A stretch of DNA of 64,000 bases. Origin: Eledone cirrhosa (Eukaryota). The position numbers and the translations under genes are program-made. How positions within the stretch are numbered: the first letter of the stretch is position 1; every line of letters begins with the position of its first letter. This document shows, one piece after another, positions 40,654 to 55,600 of this stretch. Location: assembly GCA_964016885.1 (NCBI GenBank), contig OZ024759.1, forward strand, positions 6,572,001 through 6,636,000. The letters are read 5' to 3'. The notes under the pieces were generated by a model. That model saw only the letters and a program-made list of their open reading frames with translations, ran no database searches and had not been told where the DNA came from.

Positions 40654-43600
40654 GAAAATCCGAAGGCAAGGTAAAATTTCCAATCCTTTTAATCACGACA
40701 CATGTTCCAATAAGAGATAGATCGATCGTGAAGCCATGATCGATTATCACTGATCTCGTCAGATGAAAATCAATTGTCTTCAAATTCTTGATATGAGGGA
40801 GAAAATTAGCAATGTTCACTCACAGAGTTTATTCCCTCATATGAAGATCAAGCAGTCAAAATACGGCGACTGCTATCGTCTTCAGTTAAGGTCATAAAAC
40901 TATCAAGTTTCTATCTCCGAATAGCTGCAAAAGACGCTGGACATCATTCAAATCTGTAGAATTACAGTCGGTCACAGTTAATGTGAGTGGGTACACACAC
41001 ACCGACTCGAGGTCAAAGAAAAAATATATAAATATATACACACATCAACACAGTATCAAATCTGTAGAACTATAGACGGTCACAATTAGTGTGAGTGGGT
41101 ACACACACACTCACACACAGACCGAAGCGATGTCAAAGAAAAAATATATATAAAAATATACCAACATAGTATTCACCGAAAATTAGTTTATAAAACAACA
41201 AATGTTACATTGGTCAAATCTCAATTTGACGATGTAAATTGGAAATATTGGGTCAACCGCAACCCTATACACACGCAAGTAAGTTCAGTTCAGTGTTCTG
41301 CTATACGTGTATAGATTGAAGTGTAACATCCGTATCTCCAAATAGTGTATGTTATGGTATATACACATCCGTATCGTCCAAAAAAGTGTATGTCTGAGTA
41401 TATACACATCCATGTGAAGAGCAAGCAATCAGTTCATATCGAACTCCGTATGTACCGCTGCCCCATTGAGAATCCGAGTCCCCAAATCTGTGCGTGCAAG
41501 CAACCGCTATGTAGGCCAGCAGGGGCTCTGTGTAGGGTTGGGTATTTGGGTTAAGGTGTCAGTAAGGGGCTTTTAAGATAGGTGTTTGAATGTAGGAGGT
41601 GTGTTATCTAACACAAAAAGTAAAATAAAATAACAAAGGATAGCAAAACGTTGAGGATGTGTGTAGGCCCATTAATGGTGTGTAAGTATTATTGTCCAAT
41701 CTATAACCGTGAGCACCGTGGTTAGATGATCACGGATCAAAACCTAGTGTAGTGTCCAATCGGTAGGAACGTGACCAGTCATAACTGTGGGAACTCAATG
41801 TCTAAAGAAAACGGGTACTGTGTGTAGAGTTATGTATAGAGAGCGTAATCGGTCCTAACTGAGTGTGCAATACGTCTAGCTATATCCCAACCGAGAGAAC
41901 TCAATGGTTAGGGTATCCTAAAGTAATGGTAAATGCGCGTAATCGGTCTTGCCTGAGTGTATAATCATTTTAACTATTTACTAACTAGGTATACTGAGTG
42001 TGTAATCAATCTACCTATTTACTAACTAGGTATTCTAAAGTGCACTCACCGTTGAGAACTCAGTGGAAACAGGCCGAGTACCGTTTGTAATTTCGCAAAC
42101 GATCTTAGCTGTCTAATTACCTGAGTGTGTGAATGTCTGTTTTTTTTGCTAATTGAGAGAACTCTATGGCTAAGGTAGAAAGGGAGGAGTTCATTGTATA
42201 ACAGCTTCCCAAAAATCCTGCGGAGGTTTTTCAAGGTTCTATGTTGGCAGTTGCTGAAAAAATCCGCTCTCCTATTGATTAATAGGGGGCCGCCTCTAAT
42301 AATATTAAAGGTTTCAGCTATACATAAATTACAGACGCCAGTGCTGCCGTTATAAGGCTGGGCTGAGCAAATTATGGACCAGGATAAGGAGTGCTCTATA
42401 TTCTGTTGTTTAAGCTTCTAGACTAATTCAGAAAGCGCCGTGCTATTTTTTTTTGCTAATCTATTAAAGGTGTGACGGTGATTATACCATCTATCCTTAA
42501 ATTCAGTGGCAGTTGCCCCAACAAACCTGAAGGTTCTATCAAGAGTGGAGACCTTACATTCGTAGACTATATTTTTGGTGAGGCATTTCCCAGCCAAGGG
42601 GCAAGTGGCGGTGTTCCTGCAATTACATTTTCTGTTATCGACCTGGATAGTTCCAGAGGAACCACGGTACCTTTGGAGACAGGTCTCAGTTCTTGTCTGC
42701 TCTGTGGGTAAGTTCCAAGGGGTTGGGGTGACCCGACTCGCCTCACGTGTATGAGTCCGTTCATCCATAGAGCTGCCATTAGTTCTGCCATGTCTCATCC
42801 CCCCTTGGGCTGTGCTAAGTCTACTATAATTCATCTTAGCTATATTCTGAGCTATGTTACTGGTTGTGGAGTAGGATAGCTTGATGGTATTCCTATTGAA
42901 TATTTTATAGTATCTGTGTGATCTAGGGAAGCATTTGTCTAAGGCCCTAAAGAAAATCTTAGCTATACTAGTGGTCAGGTCAGTGGAGTAAGGGGGGTTA
43001 TACTACAGGATTTTTCTGGTCCGATGCCTCTTGTTCTTACTATCTATATTAGAGTTACCTGTCTCCTTAGTAGCTACTGGTCTATTATAACTGAAAACTG
43101 CCTGTGGGTCGGTGGTGTCCTGGGGTGTCCCGATTATGTTCGGAATCGTCCCAAGTCCCCGGGGCGGTGTACCCCCCCCGTGCAGCCATTGGGATTACCC
43201 TCGATAGCCGGGGTTATATCCACTATGCGCCTGCTACATTTATCCCTATTCCCTCTACTCGACACTTGTACCATTTTACGTTCAACGGTTATTTTATCAA
43301 TTCTACAATTAAGGTTACAATTAGAGTTTCCGCTGGCACTACGGTGCTCATACCCCTTGTTAGTACATGGGTGGTTGTTTCCATTGGTACCATCGACATT
43401 TAGACTAGGAGGCAATACAACATGAAGTCTATATTGATCATCCCTCGTATCACGCCTTCTGTTAACTAAAGTGTAACTATTTTGGCCTAAGCTATCGCAG
43501 GCAATGTAGCTTCTACTATATAATGGAAGTTTGAATGAGATTCCCTCGCTATGCCCCGCGCGTTCGAGGGCGCTATTATAGTAATTCGAGATCCTATTAA

Positions 43601-43675
43601 AGGTATCTTCATTGGAAGATACTCCTGAAATTCTACTAGAGACGCTTTTGGTAATACCGTTAGTGACTATAGATA
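40650..43675 (-). mobile_element. 5'-truncated PLE (Hydra-like): RT thumb, linker, GIY-YIG, ~1.5-kb 3' UTR with decayed HHR at 40693-40766
   Basis: SSRISGVSSNEDTF...YNSALERAGH; KILYYNPPYS...IFNRNTIKLSYS; CNCRNTATCPLAGKCLTKNIVY...FVGATATEFKDRWYNH...TALSELV*...WSI...CNLCIAE...LINRR...CQH. Extent of the UTR is inferred. Confidence 0.8.
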
Positions 43676-43782
43676 TATACATTTATATATATGTATATAT
43701 ATATATAATAAGTTAAGAATGAATAACCAATTTCGACTTATAACATCACTTTCCTCTCCACACATTTCATTGTATAACAGCT

Positions 43783-46700
43783 GGCCATACCTCAATATAT
43801 ACCAGGGTTATTCTCCTTCAGATCATACCTCAATATATGCCAGGGTAACTCTACTTCAGGCTATACCTCAATATATAGCAGAGTTAGCCTGCTGCCCTAC
43901 TTGAGGCCATACCTCAATATATACCGGGGTTACTCTACTGCCCTACTTGAGGCCATACCTCAATATATACCAGGGTTAGTCTACTTCAGGCCATACCTCA
44001 ATATATACCAGGGGTAGTCTACTGCCCTACTTCAGGCCATACCTCAATATATACCAGGATTACTCTACTTCAGGCCATACCACAATATATACCGGGGCTA
44101 CTCTACTGCCCTACTTCAGGCCATACCACATTATATACCAGGGTTAGTCTACTAAAGGCCATACCACAATATATACCAGGGTTAGTCTACTTCAGGCCAT
44201 ACCTCAAAATATACCAGGGCTACACTACCCCCTACTTCAGGTCATACCACAATATATACCAGGGATACTTTACTTCAGGCCATACCACAATATATAGCAG
44301 GGTTACTCTACTTCAGGCCATACCTCAATATATACCAGGGTTACTCTACTTCAGGCCATACCTCAATATACACCAGGGTTACTCTCCTGCCCTATATCAG
44401 GCCATACGTCAATATATACCAGGGTTACTCTACTGCCCTACTTCAGGCCATACCTCAATATATACCAGGGGTAGTCTACTGCCCTACTTCAGGCCATACC
44501 TCAATATATACCAGGGTTACACTACCTCAGACATACCTCAATATATACCAGGGTTACTCTACTTCAGGTCATACCTCAATATATAGCAGGGTTAATCTAC
44601 TTCAGGCCATACCTCAATATATACCACGGTTACTCTACTTCAAACCATACCTCAATATATAGCAGGGTTACTCTACTGCCCTACTTCAGACCATACCTCA
44701 ATATATGCCAGTGTTAGTCTACTTCAGGCCATACCTCAATATATACCAGGGGTACTCTACTTCCCTACTTCAGGCCATACCTCAATATATACCATGGTTA
44801 TTTTACTTCAGGCCATACCTCAATATATAGCAGGGTTATTTTACTTCAGGCCATACCTCAATATATAGCAGGGTTACTCTCCTGCCCTGCCTCAGAACAT
44901 ACCTCAATATATAGCAGGGTTAGTCTACTTCAGGCCATACCTCAATATCTACCAGGGTTACTCTACTTCAAACCATACCTCAATATATACCAGGGTTATT
45001 CTACTTCAAACGATACCTCAATATATACCAGGGTTACTCTACTTCAGGCCATACCTCAATATATACCAGGGTTACTCTACTGCCCTGCCTCAGACCATAC
45101 CTCAATATATACCAGGGTTACTCTACTTCAGGCCATACCTCAATATATACCAGGGTAACTCTATTTCAGGCCATACCTCAATATATACCAGGGTTACACT
45201 ACTTCAGGCCATTCCTCATTATATACCAGGGTGAGTCTACTGTCCTACTTCAGACCATACCCCAATATATAGCAGGGCTACTGTACTTCAGGCCATACCT
45301 CAATATATACCAGGGATAGTCTACTGCTCTACTTCAGGCCATACCTCAATATATAGCAGGGCTACTCTACTTCAGGCCATACCTCAATATATACCAGGCG
45401 TACTCTAGTTCAGGCCATACCTCAATATATACCAGGGTTACTCTACTTCAGGGTTTGCCTCAATATATACCAGGGTTAGTCTACTGCCCTACTTCAGGCC
45501 ATACCTCAATATTTACCAGGGTTATTCTACTTCAGGTCATACCTCAATATATACCAGGGTTACTCTACTTCCGGCCATGCCTCAATGTATACAAGGTTTA
45601 CTTACTGCCCTACGTCAGGACATACCTCAATATATAGCAGGCCTTATCTACATCAGGTCATACCTCAATATATACCAGTGTTAGTCTACTTCAAGCCATA
45701 CCTCAATATATACCAGCGTTAGTCTACTGCCCTACTTGAGGCCATACCTCAATATATACCAGGGTTACTTTACATCAGGCCATACCTTAATATATACCAG
45801 GGTTACTCTACTGCCCTACTTCAGGACATACCTCAATATATACCAGAGTTAGTCTACTTCAGGCCATACCTCAATATATACCAGGGTTAGTCTACTTCAG
45901 GCCATACCTCAATATATACCAGGGTTACTCTACTTCAGGCCATACCTCAATATATACTAGGGTTACTCTACTTCAGACCATACCTCAATATATACCAGGG
46001 GTACTCTACTTCAGACCATACCTCAATATATAGCAGGGTTACTCTACTGCCCTACTTCAGACCATACCTCAATATATACCAGGGTTACTCTACTTCAGGC
46101 CATACCTCAATATATACCAAGGTTAGTCTACTTCAGACCATACCTCAATATATACCAGGGTTACTCTACTTCCCTACTTGAGGCCATACCTCAATATATA
46201 CCAGGGTTACTCTACTTCAGACCATACCTCAATATATACCAGGGTTACTCTACTTCAGACTATACCTCAATGTATGCCAGGGTTACTCTACTTCAGGCCA
46301 TACCTCAATATATACCAGGGTTACTCTACTTCAGACCATACCTCAATGTATACCAGGGTTACTCTACTTCAGGCCATACCTCAATATATACCAGGGTTAC
46401 TCTACTTCAGACCATACCTCAATGTATACCAGGGTTAATCTACTTCAGACCATACCTCATTATATACCAGGGTTACTCTACTTCAGGCCATACCTCAATA
46501 TATACCAGGGTTACTCTACTTCAGACCATACCTCAATGTATACCAGGGTTACTCTACTTCAGGCCATACCTCAATATATACCAGGGTTACTCTACTTCAG
46601 ACCATACCTCAATGTATACCAGGGTTAATCTACTTCAGACCATACCTCATTATATACCAGGGTTACTCTACTTCAGGCCATACCTCAATATATACCATGG

Positions 46701-47040
46701 TTAATCTACTTCAGACCATACCTCATTATATACCAGGGTTACTCTACTTCAGACCATACCTCAATATATACCAGGGTTACTCTACTTCAGGCCATACCTC
46801 AATATATACCAGGGTTACTTTACTTCAGACAATACCTCAATATATACCAGGGTTAGTCTACTTCAAACCATACCTCAATATATACCAGGGTTACTCTACT
46901 TCCCTACTTCAGGCCATACCTCAATATATACCAGGGTTAGTCTACTTCAGGCCATACCTCAATATATACCAGGGTTACTCTACTTCAGACAATACCTCAA
47001 TGTATGCCTGGGTTACTCTACTGCCCTACTTCAGGCCATA
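43783..47040. repeat. satellite, 38-bp unit with a 46-bp variant
   Basis: GGCCATACCTCAATATATACCAGGGTTACTCTACT[GCCCTACT]TCA, about 80 copies. Confidence 0.95.
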
Positions 47041-47158
47041 CAAAAATTGTGGCAAGCATCAAGATACAAACATGTAAAAAGTGTCATCATATTACAGATT
47101 AGATTCATATGGAACACACACACACACACACACACACACATGTGTGTGTGTGTTTACA

Positions 47159-47239
<81 letters not shown>

Positions 47240-47324
47240 AATTATATATATATATAATATATATATTGGAATTTACCTTTGTGTAGTTAGTTTTCACTTA
47301 GAGTTTCTGGAGATATTTGATATT

Positions 47325-48470
47325 TTATTGAGTACACCATAGCGTCTGTATTGAGTACACCATGGCGTCTGTATTGAGTACATCGTGTCTTCTGTATTGA
47401 GTATATCGTATCTTCTGTATTGAGCACATCATGACGTCTGTATTGAGTACATCGTATCTTCTGTATTGAGTACACCATGTCTTCTGTATTGAGTACATCG
47501 TGTCTTATGTATTGAGTACACCGTGTCTTCTGTATTGAGTACACCACGCCTTCTGTATTGAGTACACAATGCCTTCTGTATTGAGTACATCGTGTCTTCT
47601 GTATTGAGTACATGTCATCTGTATTGAGTACACCATGCCGTCAGTATTGAGTACATCGTGTCTTCTGTATTGAGTACATCGTGTCTTCTGTATTGAGTAG
47701 ACCATGTCTTCTGTATTGAGTACACCATGTCTTCTGTATTGAGTTGACCATGTCTTCTGTATTGAGTACACTATGTCTTCTGTATTGAGTGCATCGTGTC
47801 TTCTGTATTGAGTACACCATGTCTTCTGTATTGAGTGCATCGTGTCTTCTGTATTGAGTACACCATGTCTTCTGTATTGAGTACACCATGTCTTCTGTAT
47901 TGAGTAGACCATGTCTTCTGTATTGAGTACACCATGTCTTCTGTATTGAGTACACCATGTCTTCTGTATTGAGTTGACCATGTCTTCTGTATTGAGTACA
48001 CTATGTCTTCTGTATTGAGTGCATCGTGTCTTCTGTATTGAGTAGACCATGTCTTCTGTATTGAGTACACCATGTCTTCTGTATTGAGTAGACCATGTCT
48101 TCTGTATTGAGTACACTATGTCTTCTGTATTGAGTGCATCGTGTCTTCTGTATTGAGTACACCATGTCTTCTGTATTGAGTACACCATGTCTTCTGTATT
48201 GAGTAGACCATGTCTTCTGTATTGAGTACACTATGTCTTCTGTATTGAGTGCATCGTGTCTTCTGTATTGAGTACACCATGTCTTCTGTATTGAGTACAC
48301 CATGTCTTCTGTATTGAGTAGACCATGTCTTCTGTATTGAGTACATCGTGGTTTCTGTATTGAGTACACCATGTCTTCTGTTTTGAGTACACCGTGTTTT
48401 CTGTATTGAGTACATCGTGTCTTCTGTATTTAGTACACCGTGTCTTCTGTATTGAGTACACCATGTCTTC
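47325..48470. repeat. 23-bp satellite
   Basis: TGTATTGAGTACACCATGTCTTC, about 50 copies. Confidence 0.95.
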
Positions 48471-48514
48471 TATAACAATGTATCCCTACTGTGTACAACA
48501 CCATCACCATACCG

Positions 48515-50378
48515 TGTATAAGACTTCCACCATATCTTGTGCAATATTTTCGCTATATCGTGTATAAGACTTCCATCATATCTTGTGCAATATTTTCATT
48601 ATATCGCGTATAAGACTTCCACCATATCTTGTGCAATATTTTCGCTATATCGTTTATAAGACTTCCACCATATCTTGTGCAATATTTTCGTTACATCATG
48701 TATAAGACTTCCATCATATCTTGTGCAATATTTTCGTTATATCGTGTATAAGACTTCCACCATATATTGTGCAATATTTTCGCTATATCGTTTATAAGAC
48801 TTCCACCATAAGTTGTGCAATATTTTCGCTATATCGTGTATAAGACTTCCACCATATCTTGTGCAATATTTTCGCTATATCCTGTATAAGACTACCACCA
48901 TATCTTGTGCAATATTTTCGATATATCGTGTATAAGACTTCCACCATATCTTGTGCAATATTTTCGCTATATCCTGTATAAGACTTCCACCATATCTTGT
49001 GCAATATTTTCGCTATATCGTGTATAAGACTTCCATCATATCTTGTGCAATATTTTCATTATATCGTGTATAAGACCTCCACCATATCTTGTGCAATATT
49101 TTCGCTATATCGTGTATAAGACTTCCACCATATCTTGTGCCATATTTTCGTTATATCGTGTATAAGACTTCCACCATATCTTGTGCAATATTTTCGCTAT
49201 ATCGTTTATAAGACTTCCATCATATCTTGTGCAATATTTTCATTATATCGTGTATAAGACCTCCACCATATCTTGTGCAATATTTTTGCTATATCGTGTA
49301 TAAGACTTCCACCACATCTTGTGCCATATTTTCGTTATATCGTGTATAAGACTTCCACCATATCTTGTGCAATATTTTCGCTATATCGTGTATAAGACTT
49401 CCACTATATCTTGTGCAATATTTTCGCTATATCCTGTATAAGACTTCCACCATATCTTGTGCAATATTTTCGCTATACCGTGTATAAGACTTCCACCATA
49501 TCTTGTTCAATATTTTCGCTATATCGTTTATAAGACTTCCACCATATCTTGTGCAATATTTTCGCTACATCGTGTATAAGACTTCCATCATATCTTGTGC
49601 AATATTTTCGCTATATCCTGTATAAGACTTCCACCATATCTTGTGCAATATTTTCGCTATATCGTGTATAAGACTTCCATCATATCTTGTGCAATATTTT
49701 CATTATATCGTGTATAAGACCTCCACCATATCTTGTGCAATATTTTCGCTATATCGTGTATAAGACTTCCACCATATCTTGTGCCATATTTTCGTTATAT
49801 CGTGTATAAGACTTCCACCATATCTTGTGCAATATTTTCGCTATATCGTTTATAAGACTTCCATCATATCTTGTTCAATATTTTCGCTATATCGTTTATA
49901 AGACTTCCACCATATCTTGTGCAATATTTTCGCTACATCGTGTATAAGACTTCCATCATATCTTGTGCAATATTTTCGTTATATCGTGTATAAGACTTCC
50001 ACCATATCTTGTGCAATATTTTCGTTATATCGTGTATAAGACTTTCACCATATCTTGTGCAATATTTTCGCTATATCGTGTATAAGACTTCCACCATAAC
50101 TTGTGCAATATTTTCGCTATATCGTGTATAAGATTTCCACCATATCTTGTGCAATATTTTCGCTATATCGTGTATAAGACTTCCACCATATCTTGAGGCA
50201 TATTTTCGTTATATCGTGTATAAGACTTCCACCATATCTTGTGCAATATTTTCGCTATATCGTGTATAAGACTTCCACCATAACTTGTGCAATATTTTCG
50301 CTATATCGTATATAATACTTCCACCATATCTTGTGCAATATTTTCGCTATATCGTGTATAAGACTTGCACCATGTCTT
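48515..50378. repeat. 46-bp satellite
   Basis: TGTATAAGACTTCCACCATATCTTGTGCAATATTTTCGCTATATCG, about 40 copies. Confidence 0.95.
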
Positions 50379-51727
50379 CAATGCGAATTCTATGAATATT
50401 TTCTATAGGAATGTCACCATTTCTTCGCCATAATATGTCATATAAAGGCAGCCACTGAAATGTTTACTTGTTTTAATTGCTAATTTGTCCTGCAGCCACG
50501 TAAAGGGTTAATATGCTGTCATTTTTTAAACGAATATTTCAGAAATACTTCTCTCCTCTCACTCTCGTTAAAGAAATGTTTTTAATAAAATATTTCCTTG
50601 AGTATTGTGAGGAGTTTAAGGAGGACGTCCGGTGTTATAGAAGAATGTTTTATATATTTACAACAGCAGAGCCATTGCTCCTTCTTTGGTGTCAGTATTG
50701 TTGATAATTGCTAGGTTTACTTGCTGCACGGTTTTACTGTTAACACAACACGATCAGCTTCTGCTGTTGTTGTTTAACCCTAGGTTATTCCTGATAGAGT
50801 AACTCTATCAGAAACACATACCTTCCTACCATGACTATCTCAACAGGGTGTTTTTGTTTTTAGTCACATGATTCCTTTATCGATCGGGAGGGATTTGCGT
50901 GACATTTGGCTGCTATTTCTAGATGGTCAAGTGACCACCTATATATATTATATACACACACGCACATCCATATATTTAAACACACACACACATACACATA
51001 TATATACACACATATACACACATATATACACATATACATATATATACACACATACACATATATATACACACATATACACACATACACATATATATATACA
51101 CACATATACACACATATACACACATATACACACATATACACACATATACATATATATACATATATATACACACATACACATATATATACACACATATACA
51201 TATATATACACACATATATATACATATATATACACATATACACACATACACATATATACACACACATATATATATAGTTATATAACGTTTCAAAAACAAA
51301 CCCTAATAAAACTGGGATTGACTTTTTTCTGTATTCATCATTCTTAGATTCCTCCATTTTTGATTCAAGACTCATATTACATCCCCTCTACCCCACCCCT
51401 CTACACCACCCCTCTACATCACCCCTTCACACCACCCATCTACACCACCCTTCTACACCACCCCTCTATACCACCCCTTCACACCACCCATCTACACCCC
51501 CACCCCTACACCACCCCTTCACACCATGCCTCTACACTACCCCTCCCTCTTTTAGACTCCTTCTCCTCCTCCTTTAGGTCACCACACCCTCCTTTACACT
51601 ACCCCTCCTTCCTTCCTTTACCCCCCCCCCCGTCACCTCACACGTCTACACCACCCTCCCTCCTTTACACCCCCTGCACCACCCCTCCCACATTTACTTC
51701 AGTTGTTTTCCTGGCTTTAATATTTTG

Positions 51728-51892
51728 GTTTGCTGCTGCTGCTGCTGTTGTTGTTGTTTTTGTTGTTGCTGCTGCTGCAGCTGCTGTTGTTGTTGCTGTT
51801 GTTGTTGTTGTTGTTGCTGTTGTTGTTGTTGCAGTTGTTGTTGTTGTTGCTGTTGTTGTTGTTGTTGTTGCTGTTGTTGTTGTTGTTGTTGT
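51728..51892. repeat. (GTT/GCT)n tract
   Basis: Direct inspection. Confidence 0.9.
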
Positions 51893-51992
51893 ATTTTTCA
51901 TTATTTCTTGTTAAGAATTTAGATTTAAAGAAACCTTATTTCTTTCAAGGCATATGTGTCAACATGTGTGTAGAAATGTGTATAATATGTAT

Positions 51993-52088
<96 letters not shown>

Positions 52089-52420
52089 GTATGTATATAT
52101 ATATATGGCTTCTTCTCAGAAACATATCTAAATAATGTATGTATTAATTAAATATACATACGTGCTTATATAAATATAAACATATATATGTATGTATATG
52201 CGTGTGTTTGTATACATATATGCGTATGTGTGTATATGTGTATATATATATAGTTCTGTGTGTGTTTGCATATGTATATATATATATATATATACACACA
52301 TATAAACACGTGTATGTATGTATGTAATACTTTCTTGTTTCGAAAAATATACGAACCATTGTGAAACTGAAATGAACAGTAAAAAACGCCATCAATAAAA
52401 ATAACAGAAAAAATATTTAA

Positions 52421-52432
52421 CCCCCAACCCCC

Positions 52433-52481
<49 letters not shown>

Positions 52482-52501
52482 ACCCACCCCCCCCCCCCCC
52501 C
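52421..52501. repeat. ~80-bp poly(C) tract
   Basis: Direct inspection. Confidence 0.9.
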
Positions 52502-52691
52502 TACAAGCTACAACTGAACATTTTTTTTTTTACTTTCACGATATTTCGTGCACAAAACTCTTTATTGAGATAAAGTGGTGGATTGAACCAGAATTGTCAT
52601 AAAACGGGGTTCAGCGTAAGTGTACCAATAAACACGAGTGACCATGGGATTTTCACCTAGAAAGTTTCCCTCCGAGGCAGAAGTCCAGGTA

Positions 52692-55600
52692 AGGTTTGTG
52701 TAAGACCAGTAGTCTCCCATATATACCAGTTTCTCCTCTCCACACCACAAATGATGTCCAAGGTTTGTGTAAGACCAGTAGTCTCCCATATATACCAGTC
52801 TCTCCTCTCCACACCACCAATGATGTCCAAGGTTTGTGTAAGACCAGTAGTCTCCCATATATACCAGTCTCTCCTCTCCACACCACCGATGATGTCCAAG
52901 GTTTGTGTAAGACCAGTAGTCTCCCATATATACCAGTCTCTCCTCTCCACACCACTGATGATGTCCAAGGTTTGTGTAAGACCAGTAGTCTCCCATATAT
53001 ACCAGTCTCTCCTCTCCACACCACAAATGATGTCCAAGGTTTGTGTAAGACCAGTAGTCTCCCATATATACCAGTTTCTCCTCTCCACACCACAAATGAT
53101 GTCCAAGGTTTATGTAAGACCAGTAGTCCCCCATATATACCAGTCTCTCCTCTCCACACCACCGATGATGTCCAAGGTTTGTGTAAGACCAGTAGTCTCC
53201 CATATATACCAGTCTCTCCTCTCCACACCACCAATGATGTCCAAGGTTTGTGTAAGACCAGTAGTCTCCCATATATACCAGTCTCCTCTCCACACCACCA
53301 ATGATGTCCAAGGTTTGTGTAAGACCAGTAGTCTCCCATATATACCAGTCTCTCTTCTCCACACCACCGATGATGTCCAAGGTTTGTGTAAGACCAGTAG
53401 TCTCCCATATATACCAGTCTCTCCTCTCCACACCACTGATGATGTCCAAGGTTTGTGTAAGACCAGTAGTCTCCCATATATACCAGTCTCTCCTCTCCAC
53501 ACCACCGATGATGTCCAAGGTTTGTGTAAGACCAGTAGTCTCCCATATATACCAGTTTCTCCTCTCCACACCACAAATGATGTCCAAGGTTTATGTAAGA
53601 CAAGTAGTCCCCCATATATACCAGTCTCTCCTCTCCACACCACCGATGATGTCCAAGGTTTGTGTAAGACCAGTAGTCTCCCATATATACCAGTCTCTCC
53701 TCTCCACACCACCAATGATGTTCAAGGTTTGTGTAAGACCAGTAGTCTCCCATATATACCAGTCTCTCCTCTCCACACCACCGATGATGTCCAAGCTTTG
53801 TGTAAGACCAGTAGTCTTCCATATATACCGGTGTCTCCTCTCCACAGCACCAATGATGTCCAAGGTTTGTGTAAGACCAGTAGTCTCCCATATATACCAG
53901 TCTCTCTTCTCCACACCACCGATGATGTCCAAGGTTTGTGTAAGACCAGTAGTCTCCCATATATACCAGTCTCTCCTCTCCACACCACAAATGATGTCCA
54001 AGGTTTGTGTAAGACCAGTAGTCTCCCATATATACCAGTCTCTCCTCTCCACACCACAAATGATGTCCAAGGTTTGTGTAAGACCAGTAGTCTCCCATAT
54101 ATACCAGTTTCTCCTCTCCACACCACAAATGATGTCCAAGGTTTATGTAAGACCAGTAGTCCCCCATATATACCAGTCTCTCCTCTCCACACCACCGATG
54201 ATGTCCAAGGTTTGTGTAAGACCAGTAGTCTCCCATATATACCAGTCTCTCCTCTCCACACCACCAATGATGTCCAAGGTTTGTGTAAGACCAGTAGTCT
54301 CCCATATATACCAGTCTCCTCTCCACACCACCAATGATGTCCAAGGTTTGTGTAAGACCAGTAGTCTCCCATATATACCAGTCTCTCTTCTCCACACCAC
54401 CGATGATGTCCAAGGTTTGTGTAAGACCAGTAGTCTCCCATATATACCAGTCTCTCCTCTCCACACCACTGATGATGTCCAAGGTTTGTGTAAGACCAGT
54501 AGTCTCCCATATATACCAGGTCTCTCCTCTCCACACCACCGATGATGTCCAAGTTTTGTGTAAGACCAGTAGTCTCCCATATATACCAGTTTCTCCTCTC
54601 CACACCACAAATGATGTCCAAGGTTTATGTAAGACCAGTAGTCCCCCATATATACCAGTCTCTCCTCTCCACACCACCGATGATGTCCAAGGTTTGTGTA
54701 AGACCAGTAGTCTCCCATATATACCAGTCTCTCCTCTCCACACCACCAATGATGTTCAAGGTTTGTGTAAGACCAGTAGTCTCCCATATATACCAGTCTC
54801 TCCTCTCCACACCACCGATGATGTCCAAGCTTTGTGTAAGACCAGTAGTCTTCCATATATACCGGTGTCTCCTCTCCACAGCACCAATGATGTCCAAGGT
54901 TTGTGTAAGACCAGTAGTCTCCCATATATACCAGTCTCTCTTCTCCACACCACCGATGATGTCCAAGGTTTGTGTAAGACCAGTAGTCTCCCATATATAC
55001 CAGTCTCTCCTCTCCACACCACTGATGATGTCCAAGGTTTGTGTAAGACCAGTAGTCTCCCATATATACCAGTCTCTCCTCTCCACACCACCGATGATGT
55101 CCAAGGTTTGTGTAAGACCAGTAGTCTCCCATATATACCAGTTTCTCCTCTCCACACCACAAATGATGTCCAAGGTTTATGTAAGACCAGTAGTCTCCCA
55201 TATATACCAGTCTCCTCTCCACGCCACCAATGATGTCCAAGGTTTGTCTAAGACCAGTAGTCTCCCATATATACCAGTCTCCTCTCCACACCACGGATGA
55301 TGTCCAAGGTTTGTGTAAGACCAGTAGTCTCCCATATATACCAGTCTGTCCTCTCCACACCACCGTTGATGTCCAAGGTTTGTAAGACCAGTAGTCCCCC
55401 ATATATACCAGTCTCTCCTCTCCACACCACTGATGATGTCCAAGGTTTATGTAAGACCAGTAGTCTCTCATATATACCAGTCTCCTCTCCACACCACCAA
55501 TGATGTCCAAGGTTTGTGTAAGACCAGTAGTCTCCCATATATACCAGTCTCTCCTCTCAACACCACCAATGATGTCCAAGGTTTGTCTAAGACCAGTAGT

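Noticed and set aside
40790-40890. CUGAAGA followed by hairpins on the minus strand
   Set aside because: No GAAA/NUH after the hairpin; structured UTR only
43783-50378. CRISPR-like appearance of 23-46-bp repeats
   Set aside because: Units are contiguous with no unique spacers, no cas genes, eukaryotic context
50495-50512. AAAGGGTTAA piggyBac-like end (also near 290-299)
   Set aside because: No partner TIR found in the window
52421-52501. Poly(C) tract as a G-quadruplex element
   Set aside because: Homopolymer length is unreliable in assemblies and nothing else supports function
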